A DNA stretch of 64,000 bases from an uncultured Gemmatimonadales bacterium (GCA_963793305.1 CAWBZV010000005.1:1556964-1620963), one strand, 5' to 3'. Counted from the stretch's first letter, positions 43,211 through 54,684 are shown. Made by a program: numbers and translations. The notes: a model not told the origin generated them from the letters alone.

Positions 43211-44830
43211 ATGATCGCTAATCAGTGGGTCCTGCCAGCGCTACTCTTGATCCCGCTCTTGGGTGTCCTGGTCATCCCCATATTTCCGAGCCAGGCGCGC
43301 TGGGTCGCGTTGATCACGCTCCTCGTCGAGTTCGTGGTCTCGCTGTTCCTCTGGATGCAGTTCAACGTCGCCGATAACGCCGGCTGGCAGTTCGCCTTCT
43401 CAGTGCCGTGGATCCCCACGTGGGGGATCACGTTCTCGCTCGGCATCGACGGCGTTGCGCTCGTCATGGTGCTGCTCACGACGTTCATCATGCCGCTCGC
43501 GATCCTGGGCAGCTGGACGGCGATCAAGGACAAAACGCCCCAGTATTACGCGCTGATGCTGGTGCTCACGACCGGCATGCTCGGCGTCTTCGTGTCGCTC
43601 GATCTCTTCCTGTTCTATCTCATGTGGGAGATCATGCTGGTGCCGATGTACTTCATCATCGGCATCTGGGGCGGTGAGCGCCGTATCTATGCCAGCATCA
43701 AGTTCTTCATCTACACGTTCCTCGGATCGCTGATCATGTTGGTGGCGATCCTGTATCTCGGGTTCCACGCCTGGCAGCACGGCACCGTGACCGAGATGTT
43801 CCGCGCGCCCGGCCCACCAAATTTCTCGTTCGACAACGTCATGGCTGTCGTCACCGCGGCGTCGCCGCAGACGCTCTCGACAACCACCGCGCGTTGGCTC
43901 TTCGCGGCGTTCTTCCTGGCGTTCGCGATCAAAGTCCCGATGTTCCCGTTTCACACGTGGCTGCCGGACGCGCACGTCGAAGCCCCCACGGCCGGCTCGG
44001 TTGTTCTGGCGAGCCTGATGCTGAAAATGGGAACGTTCGGGTTTATTCGATTGGCGATGCCGCTTTTCCCCGCGGCGGCACTCGATCCGATCATACGCGA
44101 CTTCTCCATACGCGGCATAATCCTGGGGCTTGCCGTAGTAGGCATTGTCTACGGCGCCTTGGTCGCCCTCGTCCAACCGGACTTCAAGAAGCTCGTGGCC
44201 TATTCGTCTGTCAGCCACTTGGGCTTCGTGATGCTCGGCCTCTTCGCCTTGACGCTCCAGAGCGTTCAGGGCGCGATCCTCGTGATGATCAATCACGGCA
44301 TATCGACGGGCGCGCTCTTCTTACTGATCGGCTTTATTTACGAGCGCAAACACTCCCGGTTGATCAGCGCATACGGTGGCATCGCGAGAGTCGTCCCGTT
44401 GTTCGCGGCGGCGCTGACGTTCGTGTCACTGTCGAGCATTGGCTTGCCGGGACTGAACGGATTTGTCGGCGAGTTCTTGGTCCTCCTGGGTTCGTTTAGA
44501 ACAGAGCCGTGGCTGGTGCTGATCGCGACGACGGGAGTGATATTCGCCGCCGCGTACATGCTGTGGGCGATCCAACGGATCCTCTTCAATCCATTGGATA
44601 AGCCGGAAAATGCCAATCTGACCGATCTGAATTGGCGCGAGATCGGTACCCTCGTGCCGCTTGTCATCGTGATTATCTGGCTCGGCGTCTACCCGGCGCC
44701 GGTCCTGCGCCGGACCGAGGCCTCGGCGAATCGGCTGGTGACCGTGGTCACGCGTGGCGCCGCCAAGGGCACGAACGGACCGCCCGGCGCGATATTCCGG
44801 GGCGGGCGTCGGATCGGGTCCATACGATGA
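43211..44830 (+). CDS. nuoM: NADH-quinone oxidoreductase subunit M
   Basis: KVPMFPFHTWLPDAHVEAPT, AYSSVSH and LPGLNGFVGE motifs. Confidence 0.96.
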   Translation: MIANQWVLPALLLIPLLGVLVIPIFPSQARWVALITLLVEFVVSLFLWMQFNVADNAGWQFAFSVPWIPTWGITFSLGIDGVALVMVLLTTFIMPLAILGSWTAIKDKTPQYYALMLVLTTGMLGVFVSLDLFLFYLMWEIMLVPMYFIIGIWGGERRIYASIKFFIYTFLGSLIMLVAILYLGFHAWQHGTVTEMFRAPGPPNFSFDNVMAVVTAASPQTLSTTTARWLFAAFFLAFAIKVPMFPFHTWLPDAHVEAPTAGSVVLASLMLKMGTFGFIRLAMPLFPAAALDPIIRDFSIRGIILGLAVVGIVYGALVALVQPDFKKLVAYSSVSHLGFVMLGLFALTLQSVQGAILVMINHGISTGALFLLIGFIYERKHSRLISAYGGIARVVPLFAAALTFVSLSSIGLPGLNGFVGEFLVLLGSFRTEPWLVLIATTGVIFAAAYMLWAIQRILFNPLDKPENANLTDLNWREIGTLVPLVIVIIWLGVYPAPVLRRTEASANRLVTVVTRGAAKGTNGPPGAIFRGGRRIGSIR

Positions 44831-46359
44831 CCACGACATTCGACCTCACCGTCCCGGCCCAACTCGCGGCCGCCCTCGGCCCGGACCTCGTACTCATGGC
44901 CGGCGCGACCGTGCTGATGCTCTGGTCCGCCTGGAAGCGCGAAAGCACGGAGCACCAACGGAACGTCGGCGTCGGGGCCCTCGGCGTCGTGCTGCTGACG
45001 ATGATCCTCGTGGTCGCCTACTGGACCTCGGGCGTCACCGCGGCACCGGGCGTCATCGCGGTCGACAACTTCCGGTGGGCGGCGGACATGATCATCCTGA
45101 TCGGCGCGTTCTGCACGATCGGGCTCTCGATCGAGTACAACGCCCGGGAGGAGATCACGACGGCCGAGTCCCACGCGCTCGTGCTGTTCTCGACGAGCGG
45201 GATGATGCTGCTCGCGGGCGCCCGCGATCTCATGATCGTGTTCTTAGGGATCGAAGTGATGTCCGTCTCGGTGTACGTGCTCGCCGGCATGAACCGCCGG
45301 AGCGCGCGCTCGGCCGAAGGGGCCCTCAAGTACTTCCTGCTCGGCGCGTTTTCGACCGCGTTCCTGCTGTACGGCATCGCGCTCGTCTACGGCGCGACCG
45401 GTGCGACCGACCTCCCGACGATCTATAGTCGCATCAACACGTACGACCTCTTTGGCCGGCCGACGCTCCTCATCGGGGTCGCCATGCTCGTCGTCGGCTT
45501 TGGGTTCAAGGTCGCGGCCGTGCCGTTCCATATGTGGGCGCCCGACGTCTACGAAGGCGCGCCGACGCCGATCACCGCGTTCATGGCCGCGTCGGTCAAG
45601 GCGGCCGCGTTCGCCGCATTCTTGCGCGTCTGGATCGAGGCGTTCCCGTATATCAGTCCATCGCGCGGACTCTTCTACTACTGGCACAACGCCGTCTGGG
45701 GTCTCGCCGTCGCGACGATGATCGTCGGGAATGTCATCGCGCTGGCGCAAAAGAACATCAAACGATTGCTGGCGTACTCGAGCATCGCGCAAGCCGGCTA
45801 CGTGCTGGCCGCACTCGTCGCGGGTGACAGATATGGTGCGTCCGCATACTTGTTCTTCCTGCTCTCATATACCCTCGCGACGATGGGCGCTTTCGGCGTC
45901 GTCATCGCCCTGGGGAACCGCGGCGAGCCCAATCTCAACGTCGACGACTACGCTGGCCTCTGGCGCACGCGGCCCATGCTGGCCGCCGCCATGGCCGTGT
46001 TCATGCTCTCGCTCCTTGGGTTCCCGATCGCCGGCGGCATCGGGTTCGTCGCCAAGTGGTACATCCTGGAAGCCGCCATGCGGTCGCCCGACGTCCCGCA
46101 GGTCGCACTGGCGACGACGATCGTGCTCACCTCCGTGATATCGGCGGGCTACTACCTGCGCGTCGTGCAGGTCATGTTCATGCGGCCGCGCCCTGAGAAC
46201 GCGGCGGCGTCAGCGCCGGCCGGGTGGTTCACCGAGTCGATCGTCTTCGCCTCCGCGGTCGCGGTGCTGGTGTTCGGGATCTACCCGACGCAGATCATCA
46301 AGCTGGCCGAGGCGAGCGTGCCGCATGCGGTGACCACTCAGGCGGTCCAAGCCCGATGA
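44827..46359 (+). CDS. nuoN: NADH-quinone oxidoreductase subunit N
   Basis: EGALKYFLLG, FKVAAVPFHMWAPDVYEGAP and KRLLAYSSI motifs. Confidence 0.96.
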   Translation: MTTTFDLTVPAQLAAALGPDLVLMAGATVLMLWSAWKRESTEHQRNVGVGALGVVLLTMILVVAYWTSGVTAAPGVIAVDNFRWAADMIILIGAFCTIGLSIEYNAREEITTAESHALVLFSTSGMMLLAGARDLMIVFLGIEVMSVSVYVLAGMNRRSARSAEGALKYFLLGAFSTAFLLYGIALVYGATGATDLPTIYSRINTYDLFGRPTLLIGVAMLVVGFGFKVAAVPFHMWAPDVYEGAPTPITAFMAASVKAAAFAAFLRVWIEAFPYISPSRGLFYYWHNAVWGLAVATMIVGNVIALAQKNIKRLLAYSSIAQAGYVLAALVAGDRYGASAYLFFLLSYTLATMGAFGVVIALGNRGEPNLNVDDYAGLWRTRPMLAAAMAVFMLSLLGFPIAGGIGFVAKWYILEAAMRSPDVPQVALATTIVLTSVISAGYYLRVVQVMFMRPRPENAAASAPAGWFTESIVFASAVAVLVFGIYPTQIIKLAEASVPHAVTTQAVQAR

Positions 46360-47732
46360 CCGTCTCGGCCGGGATCTTCCGCCAGTACGACGTGCGCGGC
46401 ATCGTCGGGCGGGACCTCACGGCCGAAGCCGCGGGCGCCGTCGGCCGTTCCTACGCCGCGCTGTTGGCGGAGCGAGGCATTCACGGCCCGGTCGCCGTGG
46501 GCCGCGACAACCGGCCGAGTGGCCCTATGCTGCGTGACGCGCTGGTCTCGGCGCTCACCGTGAGCGGCGTGGACATCGTCGACGTCGGCGTCGTTCCAAC
46601 ACCTCTCTTGTACTGGGCCCTCAACCATGAGGGAGTGGTCGGCGGGATCCAGATAACGGGCTCTCATAATCCGCCCGAATACAACGGCTTCAAACTGTCG
46701 CTCGGTACCAGCTCGATCCACGGCGATGGCATCCAGCATCTCTACGGGCTCGCGCGCGATGGCGTGTCGCTGCGTGCCGACAAGCCAGGCACGGTGCGGC
46801 ATGCTCAAGTGATCGATCGCTATGTCGATGACATGGTCGAGCGCACGGGACCGTTGTCTCGCCGGTTGAAAGTCGTCATCGACTGTGGCAATGGAGCGGG
46901 CTCCCTGGTCGCCAATAAATTGTTCAGCCGGTTGGGTGTCGATGCCTCATATCTGTTCTGCGTCTCCGATGGGACATTCCCAAACCATCACCCGGACCCC
47001 ACGGTAGTCGAGAATCTGCAAGATCTCATTCGCGAGGTGCGCGACCAGAAGGCGGACCTGGGCATAGCGTTCGATGGCGATGCCGATCGCATAGGCGTCG
47101 TCGATGGCAGGGGCGAAATCGTCTGGGGCGACCACGTCCTGATCCTCTACGCGTGGGATGTGCTTCGCCGCACGGGTACCGGCAAGCCGATCATCTTCGA
47201 CGTAAAGTCCTCCCAAGCGCTTCCGATGGCGATAGCCGCCGCTGGTGGTGTTCCGGTGATGTGGAAGACGGGACACTCGCTGATCAAAGAAAAGATGAAA
47301 GAGATGCACGCCCCGGTCGCCGGCGAGATGTCGGGCCACATGTTCTTCACCGAGGGTTTCTACGGTCACGATGACGCGCTCTACGGCGCGGCCAGGCTGT
47401 TGCGGATCGTGGCCGAGTCGGGCCGATCGATCGATCAGATGTTGGCGACGGTGCCCAAGTTCTACTCGACGCCGGAAATTCGCGTCGACTGCCCGGACGA
47501 CCGCAAGTTCGTGATCGTCGACGAGGCCGTCGCGCACTATCGGACGCGGCACGATGTCGTCGATGTCGACGGCGCGCGCGTCCTGTTCGGCGACGGCTGG
47601 GGACTCATTCGCGCGTCGAACACCCAGCCGATCCTCGTGCTGCGATTCGAGGCGAGCTCGCCCGAGCGGCTGGCCGCCATCCAGGCGGACATGGAGGGAT
47701 GGCTCAGCCTGCGCGGTATTAGTATCCCCTGA
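46356..47732 (+). CDS. Phosphomannomutase/phosphoglucomutase
   Basis: FRQYDVRG, TGSHNP, DGDADR, GEMSGH and RASNTQP motifs. Confidence 0.96.
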   Translation: MTVSAGIFRQYDVRGIVGRDLTAEAAGAVGRSYAALLAERGIHGPVAVGRDNRPSGPMLRDALVSALTVSGVDIVDVGVVPTPLLYWALNHEGVVGGIQITGSHNPPEYNGFKLSLGTSSIHGDGIQHLYGLARDGVSLRADKPGTVRHAQVIDRYVDDMVERTGPLSRRLKVVIDCGNGAGSLVANKLFSRLGVDASYLFCVSDGTFPNHHPDPTVVENLQDLIREVRDQKADLGIAFDGDADRIGVVDGRGEIVWGDHVLILYAWDVLRRTGTGKPIIFDVKSSQALPMAIAAAGGVPVMWKTGHSLIKEKMKEMHAPVAGEMSGHMFFTEGFYGHDDALYGAARLLRIVAESGRSIDQMLATVPKFYSTPEIRVDCPDDRKFVIVDEAVAHYRTRHDVVDVDGARVLFGDGWGLIRASNTQPILVLRFEASSPERLAAIQADMEGWLSLRGISIP

Positions 47733-47738
47733 GCAGCC

Positions 47739-50225
47739 GTGACGCGGCGTAGGCGTGTCGGCCTGCTGGTAGCGGCAAGCGCTGCCCTGGTGCTGATCGT
47801 GGGCCGGATCGCCGCCGGCCTGTTCGTCCGCTACGAGTACTACGACGCGCTCGGCGCCCGCGATCTCTGGATGACGCGGCTCGGCAACGAGCTGCTGCTC
47901 CGGGCGATCACGGCCTCCGGCGCGATGCTGTTTGCGCTCGCCAACCTGTACGCGGTCCGCTTGTCGATCGCCTCGGTCGTCCTGCCCCGGCGCATGGGTG
48001 ATCTCGAGATCGGCGAGGAACTGCCCGCCCGGTATCTCAACGCCGCCGTGGTGATCCTCGCGGCGATCGTGGGACTCGTGCTGGCGTTACCCGAGCACAA
48101 TTGGACCGCGCTCGTCCTCGCCCGACACGGCGTGCCGTTTGGCGAGTCTGAGGCGTACTTCGAGCACGACTTGGGGTTCTTCGTCTACTGGCTCCCCTTC
48201 GAGACGGATTGCTACGTCCGGGCGCTGTGGACGCTCGCGGCGGTGACCGCGCTCGTCGTCGTCCTCTACTTCTTCTTCACGCCCGGCCTCAAGTACGAGA
48301 AAGCCAAGCTGACGATGTCCACGCACGTGCGCCGGCACGTGGCGTTGCTCGCGCTCTTCGCTTTCGGCGCGCTCGCCTGGAGCTACCGCCTCGACATGTA
48401 CGGCGCGCTTACCTCCGGCAGCGGCCCACTCTACGCGTTCGCCTACGCCGACAACCACGTCGGCATCCCGGTCAACCTGGTGCTGTCGTTCGCCACCCTG
48501 GCGTTCGGGTTCGCGGTCTCGTTCGCGATGTGGCGCGACCAGCGGCGCACGGCGCTCGTGCTGGTGACGTGCATCCTGCTGATCCCGTACCTGGCGATCA
48601 AGGCCGGTCCATGGCTGGCCGAGCAGTTCGCGTCCGAGCGCGACGCCACGCGGCGCGAGCGTCCGTATCAGGTCATCCGCGCGTTGTACACCAACCAGGC
48701 ATTCGGCGCGGACTCGGCGCACATGCCCGATGCGCCGGCGTCGCTGGCGATCGAGAGCCCGGCCGAGCTCGCGCGCAATGTCTCGGTGTGGGACCCCGCG
48801 ACCATCGTGCAATCGCTGTCCCGCGCGCGGCGCGGCGCGTCCGTGTTCGAGGCGCAGGCGTGGCGCGAGTCGCCGGCCGGCCCGATCGCGACGGCGATCG
48901 AACGGCCCGTCGGCGGCGGGCGATGGATAGGCATTCGGGTGCTGGCCTCCGGCGAGGAGCCCCAGGGCTCGGTGCTCCGCGTCGATTCCCTCGGACGCTC
49001 TGATCTGTCGGACCTCGCGCTGCCGCCAGCGCTGATCCAGGAAGGCGCATCGGGTGACACGGTCATCGCCGATTCGGCCGGGGTCGTGGCGGCGCCCGTG
49101 ATGGAGGGATGGGTCACGCGCCTCGCCCACGCGTGGATCGCGCAGAACCTCCGCTTGCTGTCCGAGGACCTGCCCGAACGCAACGCGCGCGTTGTCAGGG
49201 TGCGCGACGTGCGCGAGCGCGTGCGCTCCCTCGTGCCGTTCTTCGCGCTCGGCTCTGTCGTCTGGCCCGCGGTCGTCGGCGACTCGCTGTGGTGGGTCGT
49301 CGACCTGTATGCGGCCTCCAACGACTATCCGCTGAGCGCGCACCTGCCGTTTGGCGATAGCCAGATCAGCTACTTTCAGCACGCGGGTGTGGCGTTCGTG
49401 GAGGCCTACACCGGTCGCGTGCTGGTCGCCCGTGACGAGACGCTCGATCCCGTCGCCCAGACCTGGGTCAAGGAGTTTCCGGGTCTGTTCACGCCGTGGG
49501 ACCGCGTGCCGCCCGCACTCGCGGCCCAAGCGCCGCCGCGAACCGACCAGGCGCTGGTCGCCGCGGTCAGTTATCTCCGCCGATCGACCGAGCGCGGCGA
49601 CTCGACGGCGCCGATCAGAGCGGTGACGCCCCCGGCCACGGATTCGAGCACGGCTGGGGGTCAGAACGCGATCGTCTCCTGCTTCGCGCTGCCGGCGGCG
49701 CCAAGCGCATGCACCTGGTCGCTGCCGCTCCTGGACTCGCGCGAGCGGGTCGCCGGTCTCATCCTGGCGATCGGTGGCTCTCGCGCCGCGGTTTTGCGAT
49801 ACCGGGCGCACGCGGAGGGGCCGCGGTGGACGACCGTCAGTGATCGATTGGAGCGTCCGACGGACTCCGTCGCGTCCGCCGGCCGGATCGTCGAGGGCCG
49901 TCTCCGGTCGGTGCCATATCGCGCTGGCGTGGCATTCATTCGGCCGGAGTACTCCTGGCCGGCCGATCTCGCGCCGGACCTGGACCGCGTCGCCGTCGTG
50001 ACAAACGACACGACCTCGAGCGCCCATACCATGGCCCAGGCTCTCGGGCTCGGGCCGAGCGTCCAACGCCCGGCGCCGGCACCCACGACCTCGGGCGAGT
50101 TCCGCGCGCGGGTGCTGGAGCTTTACGACGCGATGCAGGCGTCGCTCAAACGCGGCGACCTGACCGGGTTCGCCGCCCAATTCAACGAGCTCGGTCGGAT
50201 CCTCGGCCGAGCCCCAAGGGACTAG
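47739..50225 (+). CDS. UPF0182 family membrane protein
   Basis: N-terminal TM bundle with FG....F..DLGFFVYWLPF, YAD, R.VRERV...PF and WVVD.Y....YP.S motifs. Confidence 0.82.
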   Translation: MTRRRRVGLLVAASAALVLIVGRIAAGLFVRYEYYDALGARDLWMTRLGNELLLRAITASGAMLFALANLYAVRLSIASVVLPRRMGDLEIGEELPARYLNAAVVILAAIVGLVLALPEHNWTALVLARHGVPFGESEAYFEHDLGFFVYWLPFETDCYVRALWTLAAVTALVVVLYFFFTPGLKYEKAKLTMSTHVRRHVALLALFAFGALAWSYRLDMYGALTSGSGPLYAFAYADNHVGIPVNLVLSFATLAFGFAVSFAMWRDQRRTALVLVTCILLIPYLAIKAGPWLAEQFASERDATRRERPYQVIRALYTNQAFGADSAHMPDAPASLAIESPAELARNVSVWDPATIVQSLSRARRGASVFEAQAWRESPAGPIATAIERPVGGGRWIGIRVLASGEEPQGSVLRVDSLGRSDLSDLALPPALIQEGASGDTVIADSAGVVAAPVMEGWVTRLAHAWIAQNLRLLSEDLPERNARVVRVRDVRERVRSLVPFFALGSVVWPAVVGDSLWWVVDLYAASNDYPLSAHLPFGDSQISYFQHAGVAFVEAYTGRVLVARDETLDPVAQTWVKEFPGLFTPWDRVPPALAAQAPPRTDQALVAAVSYLRRSTERGDSTAPIRAVTPPATDSSTAGGQNAIVSCFALPAAPSACTWSLPLLDSRERVAGLILAIGGSRAAVLRYRAHAEGPRWTTVSDRLERPTDSVASAGRIVEGRLRSVPYRAGVAFIRPEYSWPADLAPDLDRVAVVTNDTTSSAHTMAQALGLGPSVQRPAPAPTTSGEFRARVLELYDAMQASLKRGDLTGFAAQFNELGRILGRAPRD

Positions 50226-50236
50226 TTTAACGAGAC

Positions 50237-51373
50237 ATGAACATACACGAATATCAGGCGAAGGAGCTCCTCCGGGCGTCGGGGATTCCTGTTCCCCCGG
50301 GCGAGGTCGCCACGACTCCCGATCAGGCGGAAGCGATCGCCAAACGCTTCGGCGGCACGGTGGTCGTCAAGGCACAGGTTCACGCCGGTGGCCGCGGTAA
50401 AGCTGGGGGCGTCAAGCTCGCCAAGACACCACAGGAAGCCCGCGACGTGGCGGCAAAGATCCTGGCGCTCACCATCAAGGGGTTTCCGGTCCACAAGGTC
50501 CTCGTCACCCCGGCCGCCGAGATCGTCCACGAGGCCTACGTGGGTTTGATCCTCGATCGCGCCTGCAAGCGCGCGCTCTTCATGGTGAGCCCGGCGGGTG
50601 GCATCGACATCGAAGAAGTCGCCGAGAAAACCCCGGAGAAAATCCGTAAACTCTCCGTCGACCCACGCTACGGTCTGCTGCCATTCGAAGCGCTGGGCCT
50701 TGGCTACTTCCTGTATAACGACGCGTCGAAAGCCCGTCAGGCTGCGCGCATCATGGGGCAGTTGTACAACGCGTTCCAATCGAGCGGCGCGACGTTAGCC
50801 GAGATCAATCCGCTGGTCACCCAACCCGATGGCTCGTTGATCGCCGTGGATGCGAAAATGGTGATCGACGACAATGGCCTCGAACGCAGCCCATCGATCG
50901 CGGCGCTGCGCGACGAAAGCTCCGAAGACCCGAGCGAGACCGCCGCGCGCAAAGCGAACCTGACTTTTATCAAACTCGATGGCAACGTCGGCTGCGTCGT
51001 CAACGGCGCGGGCCTCGCGATGGCCACCATGGATCTCGTGCAATATTACGGCGGCCAACCGGCGAATTTCTTGGACATCGGCGGCTCGTCGAACCCCGAG
51101 AAGGTGGTCAACGCGCTCAAGATCATCACCGCGGACCCAAAGGTGCGCGTCATCCTGTTCAATATTTTCGGTGGGATCACGCGAACCGATGACGTGGCCA
51201 ACGGCATCGTGCAGGCCCTCGACCAGTCACCGCCAACGGTGCCACTCGTGATTCGGCTCACGGGCACGAACGAAGAGCAGGCGGTCAAGATTCTCGCGGC
51301 TCGCGGACTCTCGGCGATGACCGACATGGATGCCGCCGTCCAACAGGCCGTCAAACTGGGGGCGGCCGCGTGA
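50237..51373 (+). CDS. sucC: Succinyl-CoA synthetase beta subunit
   Basis: [34 protein letters not shown] and NIFGGI motifs. Confidence 0.97.
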   Translation: MNIHEYQAKELLRASGIPVPPGEVATTPDQAEAIAKRFGGTVVVKAQVHAGGRGKAGGVKLAKTPQEARDVAAKILALTIKGFPVHKVLVTPAAEIVHEAYVGLILDRACKRALFMVSPAGGIDIEEVAEKTPEKIRKLSVDPRYGLLPFEALGLGYFLYNDASKARQAARIMGQLYNAFQSSGATLAEINPLVTQPDGSLIAVDAKMVIDDNGLERSPSIAALRDESSEDPSETAARKANLTFIKLDGNVGCVVNGAGLAMATMDLVQYYGGQPANFLDIGGSSNPEKVVNALKIITADPKVRVILFNIFGGITRTDDVANGIVQALDQSPPTVPLVIRLTGTNEEQAVKILAARGLSAMTDMDAAVQQAVKLGAAA

Positions 51374-52254
51374 GCATCTATATCGATTCCGGCACGCGCC
51401 TGGTCGTTCAGGGCATCACCGGCCGCGACGGCTCGTTCCACACGCGCCAGGCGATCGAGTACGGCACGAAGGTCGTGGCGGGCGTCACGCCAGGGAAGGG
51501 GGGCACGACGTTCGAGGGCGTGCCGATCTTCAACACGGTGGCCGACGCCGTGCTGGCGACCCACGCGAACACGTCGGTGATCTACGTGCCGCCGCTCTTC
51601 GCGGCGGATGCGATGATGGAAGCCGCGGCCGCGGCGATCCCGCTCATTGTCTGCATCACCGAGGGCGTGCCGGTCCTCGACATGACGCGCGTGTATCCGT
51701 ACGTGAAAGAACACAAAGCGCGTCTCATCGGTCCCAACTGCCCGGGTCTCATCTCCCCAGGCGGGAGCAAAGTCGGAATCATACCGGGCCGCATCTGTAC
51801 ACCGGGCCCGATCGGTCTGGTGAGCCGCTCCGGCACGCTCACGTACGAAGTCGTCAACCAGCTCACGAAAGCGGGCCTCGGGCAGACGACGTGCGTCGGC
51901 ATTGGCGGTGACCCGATCAACGGCACGAACTTCGTGGACTGCCTCGCGGCGTTCCAGGCCGATCCGGCGACCGAAGCGGTCGTGATGATCGGCGAGATCG
52001 GCGGCAGCGATGAGCAAGATGCCGCTGACTACGTCAGGTCCAAGATGACGAAGCCGGTCGTCGGATTCATTGCGGGCCGCACGGCGCCGCCAGGCCGCCG
52101 GATGGGCCATGCGGGCGCAATCGCCGGCGGCGCCGGCCAGACGGCTGCCGACAAGGTCGCGGCCCTGCGCGCGGCTGGCATTCCCGTGGCTGATCGCCCG
52201 GTGGACGTTGTTGGTCTCGTGCGCGAGCGCTTGGCTGCTGTCGTCAGCAAGTGA
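51370..52254 (+). CDS. sucD: Succinyl-CoA synthetase alpha subunit
   Basis: [22 protein letters not shown] and RMGHAGA motifs. Confidence 0.97.
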   Translation: MSIYIDSGTRLVVQGITGRDGSFHTRQAIEYGTKVVAGVTPGKGGTTFEGVPIFNTVADAVLATHANTSVIYVPPLFAADAMMEAAAAAIPLIVCITEGVPVLDMTRVYPYVKEHKARLIGPNCPGLISPGGSKVGIIPGRICTPGPIGLVSRSGTLTYEVVNQLTKAGLGQTTCVGIGGDPINGTNFVDCLAAFQADPATEAVVMIGEIGGSDEQDAADYVRSKMTKPVVGFIAGRTAPPGRRMGHAGAIAGGAGQTAADKVAALRAAGIPVADRPVDVVGLVRERLAAVVSK

Positions 52255-53138
52255 CGCTGGCTGACTTGCTCCGCGCGGATCGCGTCGTGGTCCGGCTCCA
52301 AGCGACCACGGTCGAGGATGCCGCGCGCGAGCTGGTCGCCCAGCTCGAAAAGGCAGACGCTATAACCGACGCTGAGAAACTCCGTCAGCGCATCGACGAA
52401 GAGCTCCCGGAAGACATTGTCGCCATGGGCGATCGCGCATTTCTGTTGCACTATCGCACCGATGCCACGTCCCAACTCATCGTCGCCCTAGGCACCGCCG
52501 AAAACGCCATCTGCCGAGAGCTGTCGGATGGCGATCGTCAATGCGCGCGAGTGATGCTGCTGGTGGTCGCACCTCCCCGACTCGCGGCTCGCTACCTGCA
52601 AGTCGTCGGTGCGTTCGCGCGCTTTTTGTCGAGCGCCGAACGGGTAGACGCAGTTCTTTCGCAAGAAACCCCGGAAGCGCTCGTGCGACTCGAAGAGCTC
52701 CGGGAATACGAGCTGCCCGCGCAACTCACGGTGCGCGAGATGATGACCGAACGTCCGCACACCACACGCCCGGACACGCCGGTCAAGGAAGCCGCCCGCG
52801 AGATGGTCCGCTGGCGGGTCAGCGCACTCCCAGTCGTCGAGGTCGACGGCCGTCTCGTCGGCATGCTATCCTCGCGCGACCTGGTGCGCGATCTCCTCGG
52901 CAGCTATCTCCAGGGCGGCCAGGGCGCCGCCGACCGCCCTACGCCGAAACCCCCGCGTCGCACGGTCCGCGACGTGATGACGCGCCAGGTGCTCTGCGTC
53001 TCGCCCGACGAGCCGCTCGCCGAGGTGGCGTCACTGATGACAAACAAGGATGTCGAGCGCGTCCCGGTCGTCCGGGACGGCTTGCTCGTCGGATTTCTCA
53101 CCCGCGGTGACATCGTTCGCAAACTGATAGGATCGTAA
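52251..53138 (+). CDS. PTS EIIA(Ntr/Fru)-like domain fused to a CBS pair
   Basis: N-terminal EIIA-like fold (AFLLH at the usual phospho-His position). Two CBS motifs: VREMMT..ALPVV..GRLVG and VRDVMT..RVPVV..LVG. Confidence 0.78.
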   Translation: MTLADLLRADRVVVRLQATTVEDAARELVAQLEKADAITDAEKLRQRIDEELPEDIVAMGDRAFLLHYRTDATSQLIVALGTAENAICRELSDGDRQCARVMLLVVAPPRLAARYLQVVGAFARFLSSAERVDAVLSQETPEALVRLEELREYELPAQLTVREMMTERPHTTRPDTPVKEAAREMVRWRVSALPVVEVDGRLVGMLSSRDLVRDLLGSYLQGGQGAADRPTPKPPRRTVRDVMTRQVLCVSPDEPLAEVASLMTNKDVERVPVVRDGLLVGFLTRGDIVRKLIGS

Positions 53139-53551
53139 TGACCCGAACTCTCGCCATCATCAAGCCGGACGCCTTCGCCACCGGCAAGGCCGGCCTCATT
53201 CTCGCCCACCTGGAAAACGCGGGCTTCCGCGTCCTCGCCACGCGAGTCCTTCGCCTGACCCCAGACCAGGCCGGCACTTTCTACGAGGTCCACCGCGAGC
53301 GCCCGTTCTATTCTTCTCTCGTCGCCTTCATGACGTCGGGCCCGTGCATGCCGATCGCCCTCTCCCGCGACGATGCCGTCTCCACACTTCGCGTCGTCAT
53401 CGGCGCCACCGACCCGGCCCAAGCCGCTCCCGGTACCATCCGGAAGCTTCACGCCGAGTCAAAGGAGCGAAACGCGATCCACGCCTCGGACTCCGACGAC
53501 AATGCGGCTCGCGAGATCGGCTTCTTCTTTTCGGGAGCCGATATAGCATAG
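53138..53551 (+). CDS. ndk: Nucleoside diphosphate kinase
   Basis: TLAIIKPD, FY..H..RPF, GTIR and NAIHASDS motifs. Confidence 0.97.
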   Translation: MTRTLAIIKPDAFATGKAGLILAHLENAGFRVLATRVLRLTPDQAGTFYEVHRERPFYSSLVAFMTSGPCMPIALSRDDAVSTLRVVIGATDPAQAAPGTIRKLHAESKERNAIHASDSDDNAAREIGFFFSGADIA

Positions 53552-53572
53552 GGCTTCGCTCTGGGCGGTCCT

Positions 53573-54058
53573 CTATGGCGGATACTGGGACAGCAGCGTC
53601 TTAAGCGCGCTGTCTGTCCCGGTTAGTGCGCCCCGGAGGATCGGCAGCACCCTGCGCATCCACGCGATCGCCTGTCTACGACCCGCATCGGTGGCCATCG
53701 CCGGGTCATATACGGAACCGCGTCGCAAGGCGCGAACCTCGCTCGAATCCGCCACGAGATCCTCGAGGCCCTCGAGCTCGAGCGCCGCGACGGCCGCAAA
53801 CGCCGCCTCGTGATGGCCTGGACCACTTCCGACTCGCAGCTGGTGTGCGGCCAGCACCGCGAAGGCGCCCGCTAGCGCAGCGTCGTACGCAGCCCGAATC
53901 GCGCCATCGAGACTGATACCGTCGAGCTCCGCGTCTCGTGCGCTGTCGGTTGCCTTGCGCCACAGCTGCACTACAGCCGCCCGATCGAACGGCTCGTCAA
54001 CGATGCGCTTGCCTTGGATGAGCCACGCAAGTCGCTCAGGTCTTTCCCGTCCGCTCAC
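53573..54058 (-). CDS. HEPN-domain protein
   Basis: AIRAAYDAA..HH..RRGSVY pattern; GTGA-coupled to the upstream nucleotidyltransferase. Confidence 0.65.
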   Translation of the reverse strand: MSGRERPERLAWLIQGKRIVDEPFDRAAVVQLWRKATDSARDAELDGISLDGAIRAAYDAALAGAFAVLAAHQLRVGSGPGHHEAAFAAVAALELEGLEDLVADSSEVRALRRGSVYDPAMATDAGRRQAIAWMRRVLPILRGALTGTDSALKTLLSQYPP

Positions 54059-54684
54059 GCCACCCGCTCACGCATCCGTATCCCCGCCGCGGCCGCGATC
54101 GGCGCAGCCGTTTCGATATCACCCGCCACACGGACCATCGCACCCTCCAACACGTTCCGCGGAAACCGCGCCCCGCTAGCTAACCGCTCGCCGAGCGCAT
54201 GGCGCGTATACAACACCGGATTGACCTCGCGCCCCAACACCAACGCCGTCTCGGCGAGTTGATGATGCATGGTCCGCGCGTCTACCGCATCACCGATGAT
54301 CAGCACGTCGACATCACTGTGCTGCCGCGCCGTCCCGGTCGCGAACGAGCCGAACACGCAAGCGAAGTCAATCCCTTCGACGTCCGCCAACGCATCACGC
54401 ACTACGGCGACTGGATCCGAGAGCGCCCCGACGATCGTCCGCAACGCCCCCCACAGGGGAGAGCGCTCGTCCACCGCATAACGCACGAGGCGTCCGTCTG
54501 GCCGACGCGTCAGAGCTCCCATCGCGATAAGCGCCGACAGATCCCGTTGGACCGATGCGCTCGAGACCGCGAGGACGCGCTGAAGCTCCCGCATGTGCGC
54601 GCGCGCCCGAGGCCGGATCACGAAATACCGTACGACGCGCTGCATCGACGCCGGCCAACCCAGTAAGTTTAGGCTCTCTCCCAT
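54055..54684 (-). CDS. Minimal nucleotidyltransferase (MNT) with N-terminal wHTH
   Basis: VFGSFATG....SDVDVLIIG pol-beta motif, LGREVNP, and HTH HMRELQRVL..SSASVQRDL. Confidence 0.85.
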   Translation of the reverse strand: MGESLNLLGWPASMQRVVRYFVIRPRARAHMRELQRVLAVSSASVQRDLSALIAMGALTRRPDGRLVRYAVDERSPLWGALRTIVGALSDPVAVVRDALADVEGIDFACVFGSFATGTARQHSDVDVLIIGDAVDARTMHHQLAETALVLGREVNPVLYTRHALGERLASGARFPRNVLEGAMVRVAGDIETAAPIAAAAGIRMRERVA

